42,599 nt of DNA from Myxococcales bacterium. GTDB lineage: Bacteria > Myxococcota > Myxococcia > Myxococcales > Anaeromyxobacteraceae. The DNA lies in assembly GCA_038320275.1 (NCBI GenBank), contig JBBQEB010000012.1, positions 1 through 42,599 on the forward strand. The letters are read 5' to 3'. Both the position numbers and the translations under genes were made by a program. The notes below the pieces were generated by a model. The model was not told the DNA's origin. It did not search any database and saw only the letters and a list, made by a program, of their open reading frames with translations. This document shows positions 27,976-35,894 of this stretch, in pieces. Position 1 is the first letter of the stretch, and the number at the start of each line of letters is the position of its first letter.

Positions 27976-28709
27976 CCATGTCCGCCACGCAGACCCGCAG
28001 GGCGCTCGTCTGCCTCCCCACCTACGACGAGCGGGAGAACGTCGAGCCCATCACCCAGGCGATCCTGGCCGCCTCGCCCGAGGTCGACGTCCTCGTCATC
28101 GACGACAACTCTCCCGACGGGACGGGGCGCATCGCAGACGCCATCGCCGCTCGCGAGCCCCGCGTCCAGGTCCTTCACAGGGCTGGCAAGCAGGGGCTCG
28201 GCAAGGCCTACCTCGCCGGCTTCGCCTGGGCCCTGGCCCGCCCGTACCAGCTCGTCCTCGAGATGGACGCCGACTTCTCCCACAACCCGGCCTACCTGCC
28301 GGCGCTCCTCGACGGCGCCCGCAGCGCCGATCTGGTGCTCGGCTCGCGCAACGTGAGGGGAGGGGGCACCGTCAACTGGGGCGTCGGCCGCAAGCTCCTG
28401 TCTCGCGGCGGTTCGCTCTACGCGCGGACCGTTCTCGGAATCCGCATCCGCGACCTCACCGGCGGGTTCAAGTGCTTCCGCAGGGAGGTGCTGGAAGCGA
28501 TCGATCTCGGCAGCGTGGAATGTTCCGGCTACGCCTTCCAGATCGAGCTGACCTACCGGGCCCTGCGCAGGGGTTTCCGCGTCGCCGAGGTCCCCATCGT
28601 CTTCGAGGACCGCCGGGTCGGCCACTCCAAGATGTCGCGCCGCATCGTCCTGGAGGCCGTCGGCAAGGTCTGGTCCATCCGGAGCAGCCCCTTCGGCGGA
28701 GCGGCCTGA
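27972..28709 (+). CDS. Polyprenol-monophosphomannose synthase-like GT2 (Ppm1/DPM1 family)
   Basis: LPTYDEREN, IDDNSPDGTG, GLGKAY, EMDADFSH, VLGSR, DLTGGFKCFR, GYAFQIE, EVPIVFEDRRVGHSKM. Confidence 0.92.
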   Translation: MTMSATQTRRALVCLPTYDERENVEPITQAILAASPEVDVLVIDDNSPDGTGRIADAIAAREPRVQVLHRAGKQGLGKAYLAGFAWALARPYQLVLEMDADFSHNPAYLPALLDGARSADLVLGSRNVRGGGTVNWGVGRKLLSRGGSLYARTVLGIRIRDLTGGFKCFRREVLEAIDLGSVECSGYAFQIELTYRALRRGFRVAEVPIVFEDRRVGHSKMSRRIVLEAVGKVWSIRSSPFGGAA

Positions 28710-29359
28710 TGCAGGAGATCCTCAGCTTCGCCTTCGTCTCCTTCTCGGCCGTCTTCGTGGTGGTGGACCCGTTCGCCGGCGTCCCTTTCTTCATGTCCAT
28801 GACGGCGGCCGACAGCGCGGAGCGCAAGCGCGAGACGGCGCGCCGGGCGGCCACCGCGGCCTGGCTCGTCCTCACCTTCTTCGCCATGTCGGGGGCCGTG
28901 GTCTTCAAGGTGCTCGGGATCACGCTCGCGGCCTTCAAGATCGCGGGCGGGGTGCTCCTCCTCATCATGGCGGTGGACATGCTTCGCTCGCGTCCCTCCG
29001 AGGCGCGCATCACCGCGGGCGAGGTGGAGTCGGGGCGCGTGAAGGAGGACATCGCGATCGTCCCGCTCGCCATGCCGCTCCTCGCTGGCCCCGGCTCCAT
29101 CGCCACCGTGGTCGTGCTGATGGGGCGGGCGCGCTCCGCCCAGCTCTGGCACGTGCTGGTGGTGCTCGTCGCCATCGCGATCACTGCCGCGCTCTCCTAC
29201 GTCATCTTCGCCGCAGCCTCCCGGGTGGACCGCGTGCTCGGCAAGACCGGGCTCAACATCCTCGAGCGCGCCTCCGGCCTCCTGCTCGCAGCCATCGCCA
29301 TCCAGTTCATGATCGACGGGCTGGGAGAGGCGGTTCCTGGCATGCTGCACAGGGTGTAG
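28709..29359 (+). CDS. marC: MarC (UPF0056) family membrane protein
   Basis: TGATG overlap; VVDPFAGVP, FKIAGGVLL, IAIVPLAMPLLAGPGSI, GLLLAAIAIQF. Confidence 0.92.
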   Translation: MQEILSFAFVSFSAVFVVVDPFAGVPFFMSMTAADSAERKRETARRAATAAWLVLTFFAMSGAVVFKVLGITLAAFKIAGGVLLLIMAVDMLRSRPSEARITAGEVESGRVKEDIAIVPLAMPLLAGPGSIATVVVLMGRARSAQLWHVLVVLVAIAITAALSYVIFAAASRVDRVLGKTGLNILERASGLLLAAIAIQFMIDGLGEAVPGMLHRV

Positions 29360-29401
29360 CGCCCACCGCGGCGCGAGAGGGCGCATCGTCCCCCTTCGGC
29401 C

Positions 29402-30442
29402 ATGAACGTCACGCCACTCCTCGGAACGCCGGATCGTGCGCGGGCGCGCCGCTTCCTCGCGTCGCAGGGCCTCCGGTTCGAGGAGCCGCTCGACGATCTG
29501 GTGGGCGCCTTCGCGCCCGGCGGCGACCTCGCCGGGGTGGGCGCGCGCGCCGGCGCGGTGCTGAAGATGATCGCTCTCGTCCCGGCGGAGCGCGACGGGA
29601 GCCTCCTCGGGACGATCGTGACCGCGCTCGTCGGGCGGGCGCTCACCGCGGGCGTGGAGGGGCTCTTCGTCTTCACGCGGCCCGAGCACGCACCCTCCTT
29701 CGAGATGCTCAACTTCGAGCTCCTCGCCGCGAGCGGACCGGCGGCCCTGCTCGAGTACGGCGGCGGCTTCGGACGGTGGCTGGCCTCGGCCCGGGCGGCG
29801 CTGGGGAAGCCGCCCCCGCTGCCGGGCCGGTCCGGAGCGGTGGTGGTGAATTGCAATCCGTTCACCCTCGGTCACCGCTACCTCGTCGCGTCGGCCGCGG
29901 CGCGGGTGGAGCGGCTGGTGGTCCTCCTGGTGGAGGAGGACCGCTCGGCGTTCCCCTTCGAGGTGCGCCTGAGGCTCGTCCGCCGAGGCACGGCCGACCT
30001 CCCCAACGTTCGCGTCCTCGCCACCGGCCCTTATGCAGTGAGCGCGGTGACCTTCCCGGCCTACTTCCTGCGCGCGGGGGAGCGGGCCGCGGAACTGCAG
30101 GGGGAGCTCGACGCGGCCCTCTTCGCGCGCCGCATCGCGCCGGGGCTCGGCCTGTGGGCGCGCTACGTCGGGGACGAGCCGTTCGACCCCACCACGCGCG
30201 CCTACAACGCCGTTCTCCGCCGGGTGCTGCCGCCCGGCGGGGTGGAGCTCGTGGAGGAGCACCGGCTGGCCGCGGCCGGCCAGCCCATCAGCGCCTCGCG
30301 AGTGCGGGAGCTCCTGGCGCGGGGCCCGCCCGACCGCGCCACCCTCGCGGCGCTCGTCCCGCCCACCACATTGGAGTATCTCCTGTCGGGCGAGGCGCGT
30401 CCGGTGCTGGAGCGCCTGCGCGAGGTGGAGGGGCGGCGATGA
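29402..30442 (+). CDS. citC: [Citrate (pro-3S)-lyase] ligase
   Basis: N-terminal GNAT-like region; VNCNPFTLGHRYL, EEDRSAFPF, SAVTFPAYFL, RYVGDEPF, ISASRVR. Confidence 0.92.
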   Translation: MNVTPLLGTPDRARARRFLASQGLRFEEPLDDLVGAFAPGGDLAGVGARAGAVLKMIALVPAERDGSLLGTIVTALVGRALTAGVEGLFVFTRPEHAPSFEMLNFELLAASGPAALLEYGGGFGRWLASARAALGKPPPLPGRSGAVVVNCNPFTLGHRYLVASAAARVERLVVLLVEEDRSAFPFEVRLRLVRRGTADLPNVRVLATGPYAVSAVTFPAYFLRAGERAAELQGELDAALFARRIAPGLGLWARYVGDEPFDPTTRAYNAVLRRVLPPGGVELVEEHRLAAAGQPISASRVRELLARGPPDRATLAALVPPTTLEYLLSGEARPVLERLREVEGRR

Positions 30443-30708
30443 AGATCGGCAAGAAGGCGCAGGCGGGGACGATGCAGTCGAGCGACCTCATGGTCTTCGT
30501 GGAGCCGGCGCCGGAGCTCACGGTGGAGATCGCTTCCACGGTGAAGGCGCAGTTCGAGGACCTCATCCGGGAGCGCATCGGAGAGGTCCTGGCGCGGAAC
30601 GGCGTCACCGCCGGGCGGGTGCGCGTCACCGACCGCGGCGCGCTCGACTACGCCATCGAAGCGCGGCTCGAGACGGCCCTGGCGCGCGCCGGCGGTGGGG
30701 AGGGGTGA
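30439..30708 (+). CDS. citD: Citrate lyase acyl carrier protein (gamma subunit)
   Basis: ATGA overlap; MKIGKKAQAGTMQSSD (prosthetic-group Ser), QF..LI, DRGALDYAIEARLETA. Confidence 0.93.
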   Translation: MKIGKKAQAGTMQSSDLMVFVEPAPELTVEIASTVKAQFEDLIRERIGEVLARNGVTAGRVRVTDRGALDYAIEARLETALARAGGGEG

Positions 30709-30709
30709 G

Positions 30710-31186
30710 ATGGAGGGCTTCTGGTACACCGAGGCGGAGGGCGGGCGCCGTTTCCTCGTCAAGATCGCGCCGGGCGAGAGCCTCCGTCGGCGCCTCGCCG
30801 ACTGGGCCGGCGCGGCCGGTGTGAAGCGGGCGGTGCTCGTGTCCGCGGTCGGCTCCCTGCGCGACCTCGAGTTCCGCGGGATTAAGACCGGCGCCAAGCT
30901 CCCGCTCACGCCCGCGCGCCTCCAGGTCCACAAGGTGGAAGGCCCGCTGGAGCTCCTGGCGCTGTCGGGCAACGTCATGCCGGGCGCGGAGGGCGCCCCC
31001 GACTGCCACTTGCACGTGATGGCCAGCCGCGCCTCGGGCGAGGTGGTGGGTGGGCACCTGTTCGACGGGACGGTCTTCGCCAACTGCGAGATCGTCCTCA
31101 CCGAGATCGTGGCCGAGGGGGTCTCGCGCCACACCTCCGCTACGGGCGGCGTGGAGACCATGTTCATCCCGGACCGCCAGCCATGA
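30710..31186 (+). CDS. PPC/DUF296-domain protein with His triad
   Basis: KIAPGESL, SAVGSL, GPLELLALSGN, HLHVMASRASGEVVGGHL, CEIVL; 1 nt after citD stop and ATGA-coupled to citE. Confidence 0.88.
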   Translation: MEGFWYTEAEGGRRFLVKIAPGESLRRRLADWAGAAGVKRAVLVSAVGSLRDLEFRGIKTGAKLPLTPARLQVHKVEGPLELLALSGNVMPGAEGAPDCHLHVMASRASGEVVGGHLFDGTVFANCEIVLTEIVAEGVSRHTSATGGVETMFIPDRQP

Positions 31187-32097
31187 CCGCGGCCCGGCTC
31201 CGCAGGTCGCTCCTCTACGTGCCGGGCAACATGCCCTCCATGCTGCAGAACATCCCGGTCTTCCGCGCCGACTCCATCATCATCGACCTGGAGGATGCGG
31301 TGCCGGTCACGGAGAAGGACGCTGCGCGCAGGCTCGTGCGCCGCTTTCTCGACCGCCATCCGCAGCGCGACAAGGAGATCCTGGTCCGCATCAACGCGCT
31401 CGACACCGCCTGGGGCCACGACGATCTGCGCGAGGTGCTGCCGGCCCTCCCGGACGGCATCCGCCTCCCCAAGGCGGACAGCCCCGAGATCGTGGAGCGG
31501 CTCGACACGCTCCTCACGGAGCACGAGGAGGGGCTGGGGATCCCGGTGGGGCGGTTCTGCGTCCTCCCGTCCATCGAGAGCGCAGCGGGCGTGATCGCCT
31601 CCATCGACATCGCGCGGGCCTCGAGCCGTCTCATCGGCCTCGCCTTCGGGGCGGAGGACTACACGGCCAGCATGGAGATCGAGCGGTCGAAGACCGGCGA
31701 GGAGCTCCTGAACGCCCGCGCCCGGATCGTCTGGGCGGCCAAGGCGGCGGGCATCCAGGCCATCGACACCATCTACGCCGACGTGGCGGACATGGAAGGC
31801 TTCCGCCGCGAAACGGAGCTCGTGAAGGCCCTCGGCTACACCGGCAAGTCGCTCGTGAACCCGCGCCAGATCGAGATCGTGCACGAGGTGTTCGCGCCGA
31901 AGGAGGAGGAGGTCGCCTGGGCGCTCCAGGTGGTGGACGCCATCCAGCGCGCCCGCGCCATGGGCACCGGGGTCATCGCGCTCCGCGGCAAGATGGTGGA
32001 CGCACCGGTCGTGAAGCGCGCGCTGCGCACGCTCCGCACCGCGCACGCGCAGGGGCTCCTCGACACGGCGCCCGACGAGGAGGCCATCCTTGGCTAG
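31183..32097 (+). CDS. citE: Citrate lyase beta subunit (citryl-ACP lyase)
   Basis: RRSLLYVPGN, IIDLEDAV, VRINA, RLPKA, IESAAG, FGAEDY, GKSLVNPRQI, GKMVDAPV. Confidence 0.93.
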   Translation: MTAARLRRSLLYVPGNMPSMLQNIPVFRADSIIIDLEDAVPVTEKDAARRLVRRFLDRHPQRDKEILVRINALDTAWGHDDLREVLPALPDGIRLPKADSPEIVERLDTLLTEHEEGLGIPVGRFCVLPSIESAAGVIASIDIARASSRLIGLAFGAEDYTASMEIERSKTGEELLNARARIVWAAKAAGIQAIDTIYADVADMEGFRRETELVKALGYTGKSLVNPRQIEIVHEVFAPKEEEVAWALQVVDAIQRARAMGTGVIALRGKMVDAPVVKRALRTLRTAHAQGLLDTAPDEEAILG

Positions 32098-33628
32098 GAA
32101 CAGCCTGGGGAGGGAGCTCCCCGACGCCTGGAACGGCCGGCCCGTGCTCCCGTACGCGGGCCCCTTCGCGCGCCGCCCCACCGGCGACCGCGCCAGCTCA
32201 CCCCTCCGCCGCGTGGATCCCGGCGACGAGAAGCTGCTCCGCGACCTGCAGGAGGCGGTGGAGGCCTCGGGCCTGCGCGATGGCGGCACCATCTCCACGC
32301 ACCACCACCTTAGGAACGGCGACGACCTCCTCAATCACGTGGTCCGCGTGCTCGACCTGGTGGGGTTGAAGGACATCACCATCGCCTCGAGCTCGATCCA
32401 CCCCGTGCATGCGGAGCTCGCCGACGCGATCCGGTCCGGCGTCGTGTCGCGGATCGAGTGCGGCGTGAACGGGCTCGTGGGCGAGCTCGTCACGAAGGGC
32501 GAGCTCCGCTGCCCGATCACCGTCCGATCCCACGGCGGCCGCGCCCGCTCGCTCCTCACCGGCGAGGTGCCGGTGGACGTCGCTTTCATCGCGGCGCCCT
32601 GCTGCGACGTCTACGGCAACATGAACGGGCTGCACGGCCCCTCCGCCTTCGGAAGCCTGGGCTACGCCTTCACGGACGCGCAGGTCGCCCGCACGGTGGT
32701 GGCGGTGACCGACAACCTCGTGCCCTATCCGGCAACGCCGGTGAGCATCCCGCAGCACCTGGTGGACTTCGTGGTGCCGGTGCAGCGGCTCGGGGATCCG
32801 GGAAAGATCGTCTCCACCACCACGCGCGTGACCACCGATCCGGTGGGGCTGCAGATCGCGAGGTACGCGGCGCAGGTGATCGAGGCCTCCGGGCTCCTCG
32901 TGGACGGCTTCTCCTTCCAGACCGGGAGCGGCGGCATCTCGCTCGCCGTGGCCGAGAACGTCCGCAACCTCATGCGCCGGGGGAAGGTCCAAGGGAGCTT
33001 CGGCTGCGGTGGCATCACCGGGGCGTTCGTGGACATGCTGGAGGAGGGGCTGTTCCGGTCGCTCTTCGACGTACAGTGCTTCGATCTGCGGGCGGTGGAG
33101 TCGATCCGGAAGAACGCCGCCCACCTCGAGATGAGCGCCGACCTCTACGCGAACCCCTTCAACGCCGGCCCGGTGGTGAACCGGCTCGATTGCGTGATCC
33201 TGGGCGCCACCGAGGTGGACGTGAACTTCAACGTCAACGCGAACACCGAGTCGAACGGTCTCCTCCTGCACAACACCGGCGGCCACAGCGACACGGCGGC
33301 GGGCGCCAAGCTCGCCATCATCGTGGCGCCCTCCATGCGGGGACGGCTCCCCATCGTCCGGGATGAGGTGACGACCATCACCACGCCGGGCGAGACCGTG
33401 GACGTGATCGTCACGGAGCGCGGCATCGCCGTGAACGAGCGCCACCCCGAGCTGGCCGCGGAATTGCGGCGCAGGAAAGCGCCGGTGAAGGACGTCCGCG
33501 AGCTGCAGCGCGAGATCACCGCGGTGACCGGTACGCCGCGCGCCATCCGCCGGACGGACGAGGTGGTGGCGCTCATCGAGTACCGGGACGGGACGATCAT
33601 CGATGCCGTCCGGCGCGTCGAGAGCTGA
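32090..33628 (+). CDS. citF: Citrate lyase alpha subunit (citrate:acetyl-ACP transferase)
   Basis: TTG start with GAGGAGG SD; ISTHHHLRNGD, RSHGGRAR, GSLGY, FQTGSGG, GGITG, DVQCFD, LGATEVD, GGHSDTA, TTPGETVD, IEYRDG. Confidence 0.96.
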   Translation: MARNSLGRELPDAWNGRPVLPYAGPFARRPTGDRASSPLRRVDPGDEKLLRDLQEAVEASGLRDGGTISTHHHLRNGDDLLNHVVRVLDLVGLKDITIASSSIHPVHAELADAIRSGVVSRIECGVNGLVGELVTKGELRCPITVRSHGGRARSLLTGEVPVDVAFIAAPCCDVYGNMNGLHGPSAFGSLGYAFTDAQVARTVVAVTDNLVPYPATPVSIPQHLVDFVVPVQRLGDPGKIVSTTTRVTTDPVGLQIARYAAQVIEASGLLVDGFSFQTGSGGISLAVAENVRNLMRRGKVQGSFGCGGITGAFVDMLEEGLFRSLFDVQCFDLRAVESIRKNAAHLEMSADLYANPFNAGPVVNRLDCVILGATEVDVNFNVNANTESNGLLLHNTGGHSDTAAGAKLAIIVAPSMRGRLPIVRDEVTTITTPGETVDVIVTERGIAVNERHPELAAELRRRKAPVKDVRELQREITAVTGTPRAIRRTDEVVALIEYRDGTIIDAVRRVES

Positions 33629-34166
33629 GCTGCTGGCCGCCCGCGACGCGCGGCAGGCGGCGATCGACCGGGCCGTGGCAAGGCTGCGCGCGGGCGGGGA
33701 GGGCGAGCTCGGCGCCGTGCAGCCCGCGGCGCCCGGGTCATCGATCGTCGCCATGTCGCTCGCGATCCCGGGCGAGGAGAAGACGCCGCCCGGCGCGTTC
33801 GAGCTCTTCGCCTGGGCGTCCCGGCGGGTGCGCCTGGCGCTGCCGGGGGGCGCGGTGATCCACGCTGGGCGCGACGCGCTGGGGCCCTTCGAGCTCTTCG
33901 CGGGGGCGGCGACGCCGGTCCGCGCCAAGCTCGCCTGCGTCGCGGTGGAGAGCGCGGATGCCGCGGCCCGGCTCGCCGACCTCGACGTGCTGGCGCCCGA
34001 TGGGCGGCCTCTCGACCGCGCTGCCCTGGGGCTCCCGCCCCGCGCCTGCCTGCTCTGCGGGGAGCCCGCGCGCGAGTGCATCGGAGCTCGTCGGCACGGG
34101 ACCGCGGAGCTGGCCAGCGCCGCGCGCGAGCTCCTGGCAGGCTTCGAGGGCTTCGCCCGCGCGTGA
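33603..34166 (+). CDS. citX: Apo-citrate lyase phosphoribosyl-dephospho-CoA transferase
   Basis: ELLAARDARQ, SLAIPGEEK, KLACVAVE, RLADLDV, PRACLLCGEPARECIGARRH. Confidence 0.88.
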   Translation: MPSGASRAELLAARDARQAAIDRAVARLRAGGEGELGAVQPAAPGSSIVAMSLAIPGEEKTPPGAFELFAWASRRVRLALPGGAVIHAGRDALGPFELFAGAATPVRAKLACVAVESADAAARLADLDVLAPDGRPLDRAALGLPPRACLLCGEPARECIGARRHGTAELASAARELLAGFEGFARA

Positions 34167-34218
34167 GCTCCACGACGGCAGGCGACCCCACCCTCACCAG
34201 ACCCCCTGGAGGACGCGC

Positions 34219-35124
34219 GTGACCCGCGCTGCGCAGGACGGACCCCTTCTGTGCCTCGCCGGATGCCTGGCGCGCGGGCTCGTCGAGGAGCTCCACCTCA
34301 CCCCCAAGCCCGGGCTCGTGGACAGGCTGGACGCAGGCTCTCACCCGGACCTCACGCTCGAGCTCATGGAACGCTCGATCGAGCTCCTGCGCGCCGCGTG
34401 GAACGGGATGACGCAGGCGCTGTGCGAGGGAGCCGGGCTCGATGCGCTGGTCGCGCTCGGCCGCGCCGCCGAGGCTCGCATGGACCGCGAGCTCGGCACC
34501 AACACGCACCGCGGAGCGCTCTTCCTGGGCGGCCTCCTCCTCGGCGCGAGGCACCGGGCGGGGGTGGACGACGAGGGCCCGCTGCGCGAGGCGCTGGCCG
34601 CGCTCGCGGGCGAGCGCTTCGGGCATCCCGCCAGGACGGAGCGCTCCGCGCCCGCCTCTTCGGATGCGCAGGGCAGACCTGCTCCGGCCCGCGCGCTGGG
34701 CGAGGGGACGCGGAGCGCGGTCTGGCCCGCCACGCACGGCGCTGCCGCGCGCGCTCGGCACCGGGTGGGCGGCATCGTGCGCGAGGCCCTGGATGGCTTC
34801 CCCTCGCTCTTCCAGGCGGCGCTCCCGGCCTGGCGCGCCGAGCGGGCCAGGGGCGGTGACGAGCGGCGCGCCGCGTTCGCCGCCCTCGCCGCGCTCATGG
34901 GCACCGTGGAGGACACCACCTCCCTGCACCGCTGCGGGGCCCCTGGTCTCGCCCGGCTCCGGCGGGACGGCGCCGAGCTCGCCCGCATCCTGGAGGACGG
35001 CGGCGCGCCGGAGCCGTTCCTGACCGAGATGAACGACCTCTACCGCGAGCTCGGACTCACCATGGGAGGCGTCGCGGATCTCCTCGGGCTCACCCTGGGG
35101 TGGGTGGCGTACCGCGGCGCGTGA
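34219..35124 (+). CDS. citG: Triphosphoribosyl-dephospho-CoA synthase, with a 33-aa insertion
   Basis: GGAGGA SD before GTG; ELHLTPKPGLVD, GSHPDL, NTHRGALF, THG, GGIVREA..GFP, EDTTSLHRCG, TMGGVADLL. Confidence 0.92.
   Translation: MTRAAQDGPLLCLAGCLARGLVEELHLTPKPGLVDRLDAGSHPDLTLELMERSIELLRAAWNGMTQALCEGAGLDALVALGRAAEARMDRELGTNTHRGALFLGGLLLGARHRAGVDDEGPLREALAALAGERFGHPARTERSAPASSDAQGRPAPARALGEGTRSAVWPATHGAAARARHRVGGIVREALDGFPSLFQAALPAWRAERARGGDERRAAFAALAALMGTVEDTTSLHRCGAPGLARLRRDGAELARILEDGGAPEPFLTEMNDLYRELGLTMGGVADLLGLTLGWVAYRGA
34627..34732. mobile_element. MITE/REP-like palindromic in-frame insertion in citG
   Basis: CCCGCCA direct repeats at 34627-34633 and 34726-34732 (99 nt apart); inverted repeat GCGCTCCGCG (34641-34650) / CGCGGAGCGC (34709-34718). 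Confidence 0.65.
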
Positions 35125-35757
35125 TCAGGCGTCGCCCCGATCCCAGCGGTACTCCATGCGCCGCGCCGCGGCGAGCGCGACCTCCTCGTGGGACAGCCGC
35201 TGCACCAGGTGGAGCGCCATGTCGGTGCCGGCGGAGATGCCGGCGCTCGTCACGACGCGCCCGTCATCGACCCAGCGCGCCCGCCGGTTCCAGCGGACGT
35301 CGCTCGGGCACACCGAGACCACCCAGTCGAAGGCGCGCCGGTTGGTGGTGGCCTCCCGGCCGGACAGGAGCCCGGCCGCGCCCAGCAGCGCCGCGCCCGT
35401 GCACACGGAGGCCGTCAGCTCGGCCTCCGCGGAACGGGCGCGGAGGAACTCGAGCAGCGCCCCGTTCCGGACCTCGAGGCGCGTGCCGACCCCTCCCGGC
35501 ACGAGGAGCACGTCGAGGCGAGGGCAGGAGCCGAGGTCGAAGTCGGGCACCACCCGCGGCCCTCCGCGCATCGGCACCTCCCCGCGGCTCTCGGCGACGG
35601 CGATCACCCTGAAGAGGGGCGTCCCCGGGGGAGGTCCGCCGGCAGCCGCGGCCGGCTCTCCTGGAGCCTCCGCGACGGCGAACACCTCCACCGGCCCGAA
35701 CGCGTCCAGCGGCTCGAAGCCCGGAAAGAGGACGAGACCCACGGTGCGTACGTTCAT
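35125..35757 (-). CDS. DJ-1/PfpI-family protein (InhA/isonitrile hydratase-like subgroup)
   Basis: LFPGFEPLDAFGP, DVLLVPGG, SVCTGA (nucleophile Cys), ATT, RWVDDG, TSAGISAGTDM. Confidence 0.9.
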   Translation of the reverse strand: MNVRTVGLVLFPGFEPLDAFGPVEVFAVAEAPGEPAAAAGGPPPGTPLFRVIAVAESRGEVPMRGGPRVVPDFDLGSCPRLDVLLVPGGVGTRLEVRNGALLEFLRARSAEAELTASVCTGAALLGAAGLLSGREATTNRRAFDWVVSVCPSDVRWNRRARWVDDGRVVTSAGISAGTDMALHLVQRLSHEEVALAAARRMEYRWDRGDA

Positions 35758-35894
35758 GCCCTCTGCGTAACGCGCCGCGGCTCACGGGGCACGAGCCCGC
35801 CCGGCGGCACGCCCCGTCACCGATCGCTTGTGGCGGACCCCGGGTGGAGTGGGCCATGCTCTCCAAGCACACCCCAGCACGACGAGGACGCGCC

